A stretch of DNA of 64,000 bases from Bugula neritina. Lineage: Eukaryota > Animalia > Bryozoa. Numbering within the stretch: position 1 is the first letter of the stretch; each line of letters opens with the position of its first letter. Made by a program: the position numbers and the translations under genes. Positions 27,872 through 42,300 of this stretch are shown here, piece by piece. The notes under the pieces were generated by a model. That model saw nothing but the letters and a program-made list of their open reading frames with translations. It did not search any database and was not told the origin of the DNA. The stretch is from positions 16,847,875-16,911,874 of the forward strand of contig OZ037768.1 in the NCBI GenBank assembly GCA_964035545.1. Reading direction: 5' to 3'.

Positions 27872-28779
27872 AAGATCAGCCATAAGCTTGCAATTTTTTC
27901 TTGTGATAATTTATTTCTTTTTTATTTTATTTAGATTCCAAAAATGTAATTCTAATGTATTATGTATATCTGTGACCAATTTTCGGTATTTTACTTCCTG
28001 TATAAAAATGCACAGTTCCATGTAAGTTGTTAACAGGTAGTTTTGTATGAAATAGAAATATAACTATCAGCAAGCGTATTAAACAATGTCAACTATCTAG
28101 ACATTAGTCATTGTATCACTATCTTAGTTATGTTATTATTATAATTTTATTGCATATCTATTTCAATTTATAGGCACTAAATAGTGGATATATATGCTAT
28201 TGATAAATAGAATTTGTCTATTTTCTGGTGCTTTAAACTATGAACATAACATCTATTTTTTATTGCGTTGTATTTACAGTGGGATGAAAGCTAATTGAAT
28301 TTTTCGAAGTATATCATCTTGGTATTAAACACTGGTTTTTACCACTTGTCAGTGAATATTCCATTTGCCAAAACCATGTACATATTACATAAACAGTTTT
28401 TTATTTTCCTTGCCATTGTAGCAAAAATTAGCCTTGTTATACAAATTTGTTTTACGGTTTTACCCTAACATTTGTTGTTCATCATTCATGTTTAGTATAT
28501 TTATTATGAATATGTAATTGATTTTAAAAAATTGTCCACCAAATTTATGTTTTACAAACATTAGAAGAGCTATCATCATTTTAATCTGTGTATTATCGCA
28601 ATTTGTCATTGTTTTGACTTTTTTAACAAATATTTTAGCCCTTATAATTCTTTAGTAGAAAAACAAACCTTATGTTTACTATGCATATTCTATATAAGTA
28701 TTATTATTGAGCAATGTTGTTATAGCAGTTCAGTCACTCAATCATATTAACCAATAAGTATAGCAGAGGTATGAAGTCA

Positions 28780-28820
28780 TATATAGGCTATATATAGGCT
28801 ATATATAGGCTATATATAGG

Positions 28821-28914
<94 letters not shown>
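28780..28914. repeat. (TATATATAGGC)-like repeats followed by a long (TA)n microsatellite
   Basis: Read directly. Confidence 0.95.
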
Positions 28915-29289
<375 letters not shown>

Positions 29290-29932
29290 TATTTATTATC
29301 ATCATCACAGTTACAGGAAGGGCATTGACCCTGCAGCAAAACCTCATTTGATGACATGAGCAAAATAAGACATATAATTTAGATCACATACTACAGGCAG
29401 CATAATATATTATTTCCAAGACTTGCAAGTAACAATGCTGCTTACAATGGAGATGATGCAGGTCTGAAACTAATTTAGTATCAAGTTCACAAAATATTAA
29501 ATATTTAGGCAATACTTGGCCTCCCAAAGAAGAACATCTGAATGTTGATCTATGCTTTGCTTTAGTATTACTTAATAGGGGTGTGTCAAAGTGTGGAAAT
29601 GTAATTGAAAAATTATGAAATCTAATACTTATATTTGTGTGAACTGCCTTGGTCAAAAGCTGTGTCACTGGCCGCATACCATGTAGTACTTGTTGGAGAG
29701 AGTGCTACAGACAATGTGTTGAATAATGCCATAAATTCCTTTTCCTGCACACCATAACCTATAGCCATAACCACACTTTCACAGAAACACCACAATGTGG
29801 ACAAGCACTTACACTTTATTATTAGGTTCATTCAAGTCAAAATTATACCAATATATTACTTTTAATGACAGGGTAGCAGTTTTATTCAATTTTTTTGAAG
29901 ATGCATGCATAGGGTGTGATTATTTCCCAGTA

Positions 29933-30004
29933 GCCCCTACAGCGTAATGGGTAACACAATAGCGTGCAAGCTGAAGGTTTAAGGTTTGATTCCCAATGAG
30001 GGCA
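29933..30004 (+). pseudogene. tRNA-like relic (possibly Ala-TGC derived; pseudo-tRNA or SINE head)
   Basis: About 72 nt with GCCC...GGGC(A) acceptor-like ends, an A-box-like CAGCGTAATGG, a B-box-like GGTTTGATTCC and a TAGC-GTGCAA-GCTG arm. Several stems are mismatched. Confidence 0.4.
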
Positions 30005-32233
30005 GTTAATTTACAATGCAGTCCTTACACTTTCTATTATAGCGCCTCAATACAAATACTTGCTTAAAACCTGTACTTCAAAGCATATGCTACTACTCTA
30101 ATTTTTATATGTAAATACTACATTTTAAACTTTCCCAAAAAGGTCAGAAAACTCAAAAAAGCTTTCAGCTCTTCAAAATAAACGTCATCATTATCATAAA
30201 CATTTACTCAAAATTTGAATTGATATATAAATTTGAAAATTTCTAATTGCAGTTATTGAAAAAGATGGAGTTATTAGATGTGCTGTGCATTTGCTTGTTT
30301 GCATGCATTCGTTTTCATACATGTGTTTAAATTCACAAATATGTTCTCATACTTCTTTCATATTTAGAGTTGTGTTCTTTTACAATTATAATAATGAAGG
30401 TTGCCTTTGACTAAAATAGACAGTGGTCCTGCTATGTACTGAGAAATTACAAGAAAAATAATCTTGTCTAGAGTTGTGTTCTTTAAGTATTTTCTATCCA
30501 GAATATTCCTATTATATGTATGTGTTGCCTATGAAACGCAGATCTGCAAAGATGTCTATCAAAGCCGGTGTTAGGTTAGTTTCAGCCTCCCTCAACTTAA
30601 GGTGACATTTGATTGTGACATAGGTCGACAGATACTGCATGCCACTGTTTTTAATAATACTTTTATTGTCAACTGATCCCAATTGGCTTTGAATGATATT
30701 ATAAAAGTTCATCAACTAATTGGTTGAGAGTTGTCTTCTCACTATAAATTATTATTTTAATTTATTGTTTGTTGAGTGGTGCTGCACGATATAAATCCCA
30801 TTAATCAGTTGTGGTTGTCACCAGTGGATTAAAACAATGTGAAATATTTATATTGTATTTTAAATAGCATTTACAAACCTACTACTGTCAAGTATTGAGT
30901 AATGTAGCAATAGTGTATGTTTGCAATAGTGTAATGTATCAGTGCAGTAATGGTGTATGTGGCAGTGCAGCAATGGTGTAGTGTATCAATGTAGCTATGA
31001 GGCTGCACTGGTGAAAGAGAGCTATTAGATTTTTTTTCCAATTGGTATGAGATTTTCTATTATTGCTATTTAAAAAGCATTTTCAATTTTTAAACACCAT
31101 GTGCTAGCTGCTAGCTGATCCAGAAGTATCTGCACTGACAGTCATCTAAACAGTCATCTGCCATAATCTCCTGATGTGACTATGAGTTTATATAACACTT
31201 TTGATATACTACTGCACATCTATTTTACTAAGGAGTAGTAGTAACCACAAGCTAATCTGGAGTTTGTACCTAATTTAGCTCCAGAGCAAATACTTGCTTC
31301 TTGTCTTTATATGTGACCATAATCCTTTTTATATTAACTATAGGACTTAAAAAATTAGGCTGCAGCAAAATTAATTTATTTTAAACTTTATTCAGTTTAA
31401 ACAACTAAAGGCACCATGAAATAATTTCCATTAGATCAAAAAATCCGGCTAAACCCATTTGTCAAAAGTGTATACTCTAAATCACTATAGCAGCAAACTA
31501 AAGTCTGTTTTTAAATAGGAAATTGCACCTTTAATTTACTACCAGTCTATAATCATAATAAATGTAGCAGTAGTGTTCAAATAAATCTTCAGATTTAATT
31601 AAAGTTAAGCTAGTTTTAATAAGCCTCTGGTGGGTTATAGCTGATAGGAATTTTCTAGCTTTCAATCTTTGGACATTTGCATCTTGATTACATGCCTAAA
31701 GTATATCCCATAGGTCATGACCTGCAAGGGTTATCATATTAATTGATGTAGTTTCATGATATCCTTTAATGTTGAAACATAGCCTCATGGTAGCATCTTA
31801 TATCTAGACCATGTGGGTAGCTGTAGAAAACTTACAGTATGCAGGAGGTTTTCTTTGAAAATTAGAGAAAAAAAGGTGACTGTATTCATTCTCACCTCGA
31901 AATCTAAACACTTTGAACACAACAAATATTTTTATGTAAGAGATTTTGTCAGCCCCAATTCTGACAAACTGAAAATGTCTACTAGAGCACCACACTGCAT
32001 CACAGTAGTGCTGCCATTGTGACTCACACTGCACAGGCCATGTTTCCAGAAGTTCTTTCGATACTAATTGTCTGATTCAGTTGAATGAGAGCCAAAAGCT
32101 CCCATATAATGGATACAGACTGCAAAACAACGGATTTGATAACAACTATTACATAAACTATGGCTTCTTCTGAGAGGTCCCTAGACACCCCTGGGCTGAT
32201 AGCAGTTCTGGCGTATAAGTAGCCTAGCTGAGC

Positions 32234-32387
32234 TGAATGGTTCTATAAGCAGCTCCAAGTTGGTGGTGAATAAGTGCAGTAGTTGGGGGTTTGGCATTTG
32301 GAGTTATGTACCCAACTCCAAACTCGAGACCCCCCAAACTACTGCACTCATTCACCACCAACTTAGAGCTGATTATAGAACCATTCA
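32234..32387. mobile_element. Fully palindromic 154-bp MITE flanked by the direct repeat GCTGAGC
   Basis: TGAATGGTTCTATAAGCAGCTCCAAGTTGGTGGTGAATAAGTGCAGTAGTT... is near-perfectly inverted at ...AACTACTGCACTCATTCACCACCAACTTAGAGCTGATTATAGAACCATTCA. GCTGAGC occurs at 32227-32233 and 32388-32394. Confidence 0.88.
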
Positions 32388-33355
32388 GCTGAGCCTGCTC
32401 AGCCCTAAATTTTTGCTTAGCCTTAGGCCTATATAGTTGCCTTGTAGCAAGTGGGCTACCAAAAACTATAAACTATATATAAACAGTAATTTAAAAAGAG
32501 CAAAAATAACTTTTATATCAGCCTGTGTTTCTCATCAAATCTAACATAAATTAGCCATTTTATTTAACCAAGTGATTGCAGTCATTGCCAAATGATTAAT
32601 GGACTTTTTATCTTGGCCATTTCTAAGTTGTTTAAAATGAGTAAATTTGAAATTGGTTTATTAAATTACTTACTAATTACTAACTTACAAAAAGTACTGT
32701 GAAATCTCCCATTTATTGCATAAGTTTGCCATCAACATTTGAAATTCAATGGTTTGTCTGATGATGCTCATTTCAAAGTTGCTCACATGAAATAACTTTA
32801 TATACTCTTGAGGGGCTTCTCACTATCACCCAGCAATGAATAATATTATTTAAATATATAATCTTCAACCAACCCAATCTAGTAGTTAAGCTTTATGTGT
32901 TTATCAGCTAGTATTAATGGGTGGCTACCCACCAAGTTGCAATGAACCGGCATAATAGAAATTAATGGTGACGCAAGAAGAGTATAATTAATTCTTACAA
33001 CAAAATTATCTCCTCGTTTGTTTTTCATTGTTTCATTAGTTAGTATAAAGAAAATACTAAATCTAATGCTAATCTACTTGTCTGTGTTTTAATCTTATCC
33101 ATTTGTATCAACTATTCAAATGTTTTCGTTAAAATACAAATCACTTACATGTACTTGCATCTCCATGGTGATAATTTCTACTTTATCTGTTCTTACATTT
33201 GATTGGCTGGATGATGTTGCATCTGCAGAAGATCAGTGAACACTATTAGACACATTCACATAACAAGGCTCGTGTGTAGATGCACAAATACTAGACTCTA
33301 TAGCATTGCTACACTCCTCATTCACTCCATGAACTCCTGTAGGTAAAGTCACAGA

Positions 33356-36300
33356 ATGATCTTTCTCAATGCAAGTCTTGGCCTTTGGTGGTTATCATTG
33401 CAGATTTTACGTAAGTCTTATGTTTATATATGTAATTATATGTCGTAATATATTCGTAAAAATTTTTATTGAAATGAAATTTTAAAGCAATAGGAAAATA
33501 TTACATATCATAGTGCTGAATCAAGTATACCTAGATTTGTACATTTTGATAAATAATGCGTATCATATATAAGATTGCTTAGTTTATTGTACTCGTAAAA
33601 ATCAAATATGAGCAATAGTTGAAATGAGTTTGTAATATCATTTTAGCCTAAATTTATGCAAGTTTTTTTAAATAGAATTTCATCTATGTTGCTGAAAATA
33701 AATCACTTTCATTGACTGCACGAGTCAGTAATACCATAACTTGATGCAGGAATTGCTTGCTCTACTAAGTTACCCATCTTCTAGTGAACTCCTAGGCTTA
33801 TATATGATTAATTGTACTTTGTAGAAAGATATGCATGATAACTAAGGCTTATTGTTACTTTTAAGCATTTTACATAACAAAGTGAAGTCTGAAAGTATAA
33901 TTATGATATATTTCATATCACCTGCTTACTTTTAGATTGCAAAGTAGGTGCAGTAATGGAGGAATTGAGAAAAGCCTGTGTTTTTAGCTGAAAAATATTG
34001 CAAAGGATGTTATCTCTCGAGAATCTCAACTCACACCATAAACCAAAATCTATTAAAAAAGTTAAAGAACTTATAAGGCTATGGAAATTTCTCCATTCCT
34101 GCACCTAAATGAGATTACTTTAGGTTGTTACCAAAGTTTCAAGCTGGAACACCATTACTCTTCTCCAACAATATTACTAGCTATTGTTACACTAGTCATT
34201 AGTATCTTTATATCATACAGGGTTTTCCTAAGGTGCAGCAGGGGCTACGCGCTGCTTCATTTTTATCATCTGAAACAAAAATTTTCCAAATAATGAAATC
34301 TTTGAGTCAAGTAAAGGTGCTACATTGCAACAGGCACTCTCAAAATTGCTAATATTATAGATTCAGAACCATGCTAGGAAACTACAAACCATAAAATATA
34401 TCTTGAATACCCTAGCTATAAATTAGATAATACATATTCTGCAGCTGGCCTGTACTTGGCCAGTTTTAACTTTAGTGTAACCACAGCAGCCAACATATTA
34501 CTAAATATCTAAGCACTAATAGATTAAATAATCATCTGATAATCTCGCAGCAGGAATATGCAGCATGAAGTGGTCTATACAAGCTGAGGAATGCTAATCG
34601 ATAATTTTGCATTTTCATCATTAAACTGAGGAAAAGTTGGCAATGCTTATCACTTAGACAGACATATACATAATTCTACCAATGTGGATTTGTTAATCTT
34701 TTAAAGCAATGTTTCTGCTCACAAAAAAGCAATCACTGTGCGTTGTGAAACTAGTAACTATACTCTGTATAGCAAAACTTTCCCCATTTTAAATATTCAT
34801 TTAGCCCCCCTTACTTTCTAAGCCATGTGGGACTACTGCCACTATATATGCTATGTCCCATATACTATAGATGCTATGTACTACATACTATATACTATTG
34901 TATGCTCTATGCTATGTTATATGCTTATATGCTTATATGCTATATGTCATATGTTATATGCTATGTTATGTGTATATGTTATATGCTATATGTATATGCT
35001 ATATATCATGTGCGATATGATATATGCTACATCCTTTCCAAGCTTTGAAGAATGGATGTTCCATTCCATATTTGGAAACAATTACATTGAATAAAACCAC
35101 AACTACAAATTCATTTGTGGGAGAACATCCATTGCATAATGCTAAATTGTGTACATGTGTAGATGTATACAAGTGTAGATGTAAAACCGGTTTCAATCCT
35201 CAATCATGTGAAACATGCATTGATCTTTATTTTCCATGATGTGATTAATTACTTGAGTTGGTGTGGCCCCTAAGAATAGCTTATGGTTAGTCGTACAACT
35301 AACTGTCCTACTGGTTCTTACAGGGGTCACTGCTCTCGTATGTCAGAGGGACCAATGCTCAGCTCCCTCGCCCTCTCCACCTACCAATTGCTTAAATCCC
35401 CGTCTTTTCTCCGCCCCTGATGATTGCGATTGTCTGCACTGGTACTGTGACCAAACCCCTAATGTTGGTAAGTATATTAGCTCTAGTTTACTGGTGGTTA
35501 TGTTGTTTATTGTCCTTTAGTCCACATGTTAAATAATGTTTATTAAACACAGCCAAAGCCTTTTTAACCAAACTAATATATGATTCTAGGTTTTAATAAT
35601 AAGCTTCATGAAAATTTTGCATTACACAATTTATTTAGTTATACCAAAGTCCTTTTTAACTACACTCAGCTCTCTTGAACAAGGTCTCAATGACAGTAAA
35701 TTATTGTTTGTTTTGTTATGGTTGATACAGCAACTCACTGTTTCTAGTGGACCCATGTGGTTCTATATCTTCGTACTGCTCAGCTTTGGAGTCCAGTTTT
35801 AGTCTAATTTTCAATCTGCCAACTTAGTATTTAAAACGTTTTTTTATGTCAATTACAGGCTATTGCAAATACAATTCTTTAGTTTGAGGTGTTTACAAAG
35901 TTTGTGTAAGAGTTAATAATATAATAAAAGTAATTCTAACTACGAAGGTTCACTCTGAGAAGCAGCAATAAATGTATGACAGTACTTAATGAAGTTATGA
36001 GACTGAGTATTGAGCATAGAGAGAAATAAGGGTACGGGATGAATGACAACATAAGACTTAATATTAGATCTAAGAACATGTAGAGTGATAAAGAAGTAAA
36101 TTATAATTAGCTTATGTTAATTTATCTCAAGAGTAAGAAAACCTATCACATTGTTTGTTGTAGAGCGCCAGAGTATTTGCCCTCCTGGTTGGAAGAGTTA
36201 CCATAATGGGTAAGTAAGTTACGAGGCTTCTCTGTCACCTATGATTAACTTTGCTCTGCCCAATTAACTTCGTAAATATTGTAATGCTCGCCACCAGTTT

Positions 36301-39300
36301 TTTTGACAACGTGTTATGCATAAGGTAGATCAACCTCTAAGAATCGTTAAGTACTGCATTTGTAAAGCTATAGTTCATTATTGTGAATCACTATGGCTTT
36401 ATCTCAGCTTTTCAATAGCAGAAGTGATTTCATAGATGAATATATAGCAAACTATTACTTGTTGTAAACTTGGCCAACTGAAAATATAAGGCATAAAATA
36501 TTCATCGTTCTTAAGTTTAATACCTTGCATAAATTCTACAACAAACTTAAGTTTTGGGAAGTTTGTTTACAACTGAAATGGGAGCAAATTTAGTACTAAA
36601 ACTGTACAGTGTACAATCTTCATAGTGTTGTTCATAAAAGTATTAGGTCAAGCTTAGGTCTTATAGAATTGAAAATTGTTTTCAAATCAGATCAATTGGA
36701 ATTGGGACTTAGCTTGGTTCAAGCGTTAAAGTTTTTCTTTATGTAAAGCTAATAAAATTCAGTCTCACAACTTGTGTTTCATCTCTAAGTCATAGATTTT
36801 TAAGTAAGTGTATCATTGCTCCTTGTCTGTGTAAGTTTAGTTACAAGAAATGCTTATTGAAGTGTTTGAGAAGTTACCACTCTATAAATAAAGCAAAGTA
36901 TTCCCAACGTGGAAACTAAATTCTTGCAGAGTACAATGTTTTGCAAATTTGCTTTAGTTTAATTTGAGTCAAAATGCACTGTTGGTTTGAAAGTTAAGAT
37001 TGTAGAGAAACTTAAGATTCCATGTTTAATTGCTATAATTTTGCTTTTAATCTTAATTTATTGAAGGAAAGGAACTTTTTGCATGATGGCCTTTCATCTT
37101 GAAATAAGTTGGAAAAACGCACAAGAGCACTGCACCAAAGAGTATAACTCAGACTTACTAAATATTCGAAGACTTGAAAGTTTTACCGAGGATGATCTAG
37201 CTCTTCATCAACAGATGTTGGATGACTTGGCAGTTATAAGTAAGTCAAATATGTTACGTTGTTATGTGTGAGATTGATGGCTGAAAAGCCGTCATATTAT
37301 GCTCTATTTATAAAATTTATTATGAATTTATAAATTTTATTATTATTACAAATTGCAATATCTCTCTATTGAAGATTTCTAGAAAAGCAGCAATATTGTT
37401 TGTGGGTGCCAACTTTTTTGTTGAGGAGTAGAACCAGAAAAAGTCTTGTTACATATCCATGGATATAGGCTAATAGCTAATAGCTATGCAAGCTATATAG
37501 CTATAGAGTATAGGCTAATAGCAATGAAAAACTCCCAAAAGAGCACTTCAGATTTTTATCTAATTTAATAGAAATATAATATGTAGTTACATTTCTGTCA
37601 ATTTAACTCGGCTTTGGTTGAGTTTTAGACTAGGCAAATCTATATCGTGCTGCATATAGAAGTTACCTACTTTTTAAATAATTTCTATCAACATAATCTA
37701 ACATGATATTTGGCAAATTTTAGTGAAACTGTTAAAGTTGTTTATACCTTTGCTCAAAAAGCATTGTGGGGAGCATAATAAGTTCAACTTGGCTGAGCGC
37801 CCTTTTCTGTTGCTTCACTGATACTCATGAAAATCACAAGAAATTCCTATAATATTATTTAAAGGAAATTGAAAAAATAAAAGCTTTTATTTAACTTAGG
37901 TTAAAACTAAACTGAAATAAGGAATATCCTATATATGTATAGTGAACATGTTATAAAAATTACTCATCAAATACTTTGAAACTTTTTTTGTTTTTAAAAA
38001 AGCTTATAGTTTCACACACTGTACCAATTTCTTATTGCTGCAATAAAGTTAGCCACGTCCTTGTCAATAACTTTTGCTTCAGTACAGCGATAGCCTTAAT
38101 TTAAATAAAGCTTGTACTAAACTACTACTGCTAGCAGTAGTAAAAGTAGGTGTGGCCATCACTAATACAAACCTTCACGGAGGTCATTAGAAGAGGATAA
38201 TATTGCCAGTATTCAGCAGACCAAGTTATGTTTTTGACTAAAAGCTTATAAAGGTATAAATGCCAGTCATTAAGTTTGGTGCTGTATAAAATATTTAAAT
38301 ATACTTGCTTGTACAAATAAATTAGAAGTAACAAACAAAAGTGCACAGAGTATTTACATATTATTGCTAGTGTGTATCTGATTATGCATGCATAAACGAT
38401 ATCTACATGCATCTAGTTGACAAAACGAAAGGATTAGATGTCTCCAGTTCCAAACAAAAGTTGTTTCAAAACTTTTTATTAAAAAGTTTTGTTTATAAGA
38501 ACTTTATGTTTTTTAATGGTTTTAGAATTTTCACTTTGGCACATACCATAGTAATACTAGCTTTATGATTTAAAGCTTTTTATTTCTAAATCATAGTTTA
38601 TAAAAGAATTTTATGGGTACTGGATTACTAGAACATTTTGATGCCAATAACCTGAAGTTCCTTTATAAGTTAGAATAATAAATATATAAATAATTATCTT
38701 ATTTGCATGTAGCTGACAGACTGACTCACTGGACTGGCCTTCATATTCAGGAAGGAAAACTGTATTGGGATAACCAGATTCCTCAACCAGATCGAGACTA
38801 CACCTCTGCCATGTAAGATACACAACTAAAGACGTTTTATGCAATGCATGTTTTGGTGTAGTGATATCAGCCACTTATAGATATACAGAGAACCATTCTT
38901 ATGAATATTAAATCATTTTAAATATGAACTTTGTAAGCAGATATAATATCAAACTGAGTTAATTCTAAGTTTCTCCTAGAATCAAACATTTTAATGTAAG
39001 CACAGTTTGACCCTATCATTATGGAAAAGTTGATTAGCTAAACGATAACAATATTTCAATTGAATATCTTTGAAATTTTAATTGAGACATTTCATTAGCC
39101 CCCAAAGTAGATCATATAATTAGCATGTATAATTAATGGATAACTTTAGCACGGTGTTACAATCTTGTATTTATATATGTTGTCATTGCATTTTGTACCA
39201 TATTAGTTCTTATTTTTATTTACACATAGTCAGCGGTTTCCAACAAAATTTAGCCTCTGTACCTCTTACATTTGTTTTAGAGTTTCACGTTGCTTCTGCT

Positions 39301-42300
39301 ATATTAATGCTTTATACTATTATATTATTTATGTACATACATGTATGATGAATGGTAAGGTACTCACTTACATTTCTCTGAAATATATGGGGGGGGGGGT
39401 GGTACTATAGTACCTCACCCCTATTACAGGTGAAGCTATAGCTGTTAGACTATGTTCTTACGTTACAGATTGCTTACACAGATACAGATGTTTAGATTTG
39501 CTACATGATTGAACTTTCTAATTACTTTTCATCCCCATTTTTGTGCTTTGCTAAATCTGAGTTTTATCCTCATGTTTGTGTGATGTTATGCAATATATTT
39601 TATTTCAGGCAATTTGCATATGACCAAGAAAGGTATTATTAGGTACTTTTTTGTTATTACATACAATGGCTTTGTGTTCTCAATTGAAATCTCCTGTCAC
39701 CAAATTTACTAACTGTTGATGACAAGTTACACCTTGCTATACCCTTTCTATCTTAATCCAGTTTTTATTACTTGAACATCCAGCATGTCAGGGAATGAGG
39801 TAGTTTTTAAATCCTTCACCTATATAAGTGGCCTGCTGGAACTGATTCTCAAGTTATAGTAATGTTATTCTACTGCTATCCACTACTTGGTCTAAGTACA
39901 GGGTCTACACACAGCATGTTATTATAGCAGTTCTGAACAATAATGCATGTTGAAACCCCCAAGCTCCTATTTGTTTACATCCCACTTAACTATCTCCACC
40001 TTAATGTCAGATTAGCTGACACAGAGTAAGGACCAGAGTGGAAGTCTACAGTTCCAGTGTACATTTAGTTTAAACTATGTTCTTACACTAACCTACAGGC
40101 AGGTGCTCACTCATTCCTCCCAATCCTCACACCAATTTGTTTTTCCTTACCTGGACTTCTATCTCTATTTTGCTGTGGCAACTAAATTGGTTTCCCATTT
40201 TCAACTCTATTTTTATGTGTGTACAAATTATTCTTCATCCAATATACCCAATTCTTTCTTAAAATTTTTAACTTATAATATTATAATTAGTTTTCTTTGC
40301 AGCTGAGAAGTGCTTTGATTTTGATTCAATGGTTGTTAAGGTATATAGACAAAACAATTTGTCTTGCTCTTCTTAACCAGTCAAATTGTTGTGTTTTAAG
40401 ATTTGATAATGCAAGACTCATAATTTATTATTTCTTTACTCATACCAACTTTCTTGATGCACACTTTCTACGTGCCTGTTTCTGAACAAAATTTTGACAA
40501 TTTATTTTTGCTGTTTTACTTGTTAACATTGAAATGCCTATTTCCAGCCAATTAATCAATTGGTAAAACTGTATTGGTTAAATAGTTGAAAGAACTTATG
40601 TTTTAATAATATTACACTTCCTCAAGTTGTTTCCCTTACATTAATCATTGGTTTGCAAAGCTTTAAAAACTTAACATTGGCAAAGTCTTTTATAGACGTC
40701 GGATTTCTACAGCCCTCCTTCTTTTTACTGTTATTCCTAATTTTCTGCCGTGTGAATAACTAAAATAAAACTGAAACTATCAATGTTTTAAATAAACTAA
40801 ATCTAAAGAGACACAGTGATTATCTCGATTTCACGACAAAAAGGGTCCAATTTGTTCATTAAAAACCATGAGTGAAGTACTTCTGTAATAACCTGATATG
40901 AAACTTACTAAAACAGTTTTCCCAATAGATGAATTTATGCTAGCTTGCCACAAATATTACCTAGATGAATTACACATTAATTGTTTTATTTCTCTTGCAG
41001 ATCATCTAATCTCATAAATAGTCAATCATGCCACCACTTAAATGGTTTTCTTTTATAATCTTATTGCTGTTGTGCTGCTTTGAATGAACGATCATGTAGA
41101 CTGAAATATCACCGTTATTTTAGTGGCTCTATAGTAAACTTCAATCGTCAAGACTGGGTAGCTATTAATGCCGGTAGAGAGTGCGTCTTTTACACATCAC
41201 GAGATATTAGTGAGTCCAGTAGCGTGAAGTTACAACCTGAATACTGCTGGGCTGGTATTCCTTTTGTCTGCTATAAAGAGATCTCTGAGGCCAACACCGC
41301 TTCTTACTACAAACCCTCGGATGGTATGTAACGTCAGCCTATAGGCTATAAGCCTTATTTCTTATACCTGTATTACGATGCCATATTTTGCACCAATTAT
41401 AGGTGTTGTAGATGTAACTCATGTTAAATATAAAAGTATGTTGATATGATTCTTGGGATTATTGTACTTTTATAAAATAAATATTGAATAAAAGACAACT
41501 TGAGTGTAGATTAGTGCTAATAGCAATTTATTTTTTCATAGGTGTATTAACCTGTAATAAAAATACATGACTACTTGAATTAGAAGGATCTTAAAATCAT
41601 TAATCTCTACTAATGTAAATTCAGAAAATTTATGACTCAGAGTTTACAATAACAATGGGTTTATATTGCAATTTCCAAAAAGAATTCTTTAGCCAACAGG
41701 AAAAGTTCCAAGTTGCTCACCATATCATCCTCTTCATACTTGTCGACCACACATTTGATCAGACGTTGTTCAAACATTTTCCTATCTAATTATCTAACTA
41801 GATTTTACCACATGATTTTTGTAACATAAAACCTTTTTCTCAGTCATGCAAAACACTCATTTCCGAAAAGCTTGGTTTTCCTTGCATAAACAGTGTTAGA
41901 AACTAATCTAAAGCTGTTTCTTTGGCGATGGTCTGTAGAACTACTATGTGGAGGAGAACCTGGTTGGAGTGGAAATGCTAACAGTGGTTTATGCTACAAG
42001 TACTTCCCTAACATTTTACCATTCGCTCAAGCTCAGCAACAATGTGCAAGTGTATCTGCCTATTTGGCTGACCCACGTTACCAGAATAATCAGGTGAACA
42101 GAAATAGTTACAGGTTTTAATTAACTTTATAAAATATATCATTTCACAGAGTTATAGCTGTTGTTTCAAGATTTTAACACCCCTGTACCGGTCTGCAGTT
42201 TTTCTTCAAGCAAACACGTGTTTGAGACTGCTTTTATAGATTCATAAAAATCTAAATCATTATGTTTGAACTTTAGAAGTTTAACCAATTTATCAAAATA

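Noticed and set aside
38134-38182. Possible GPCR exon VVKVGVAITNTNLHG
   Set aside because: Exons 37067-37239 and 38713-38812 already join in frame, and the WTGL motif lies in the latter.
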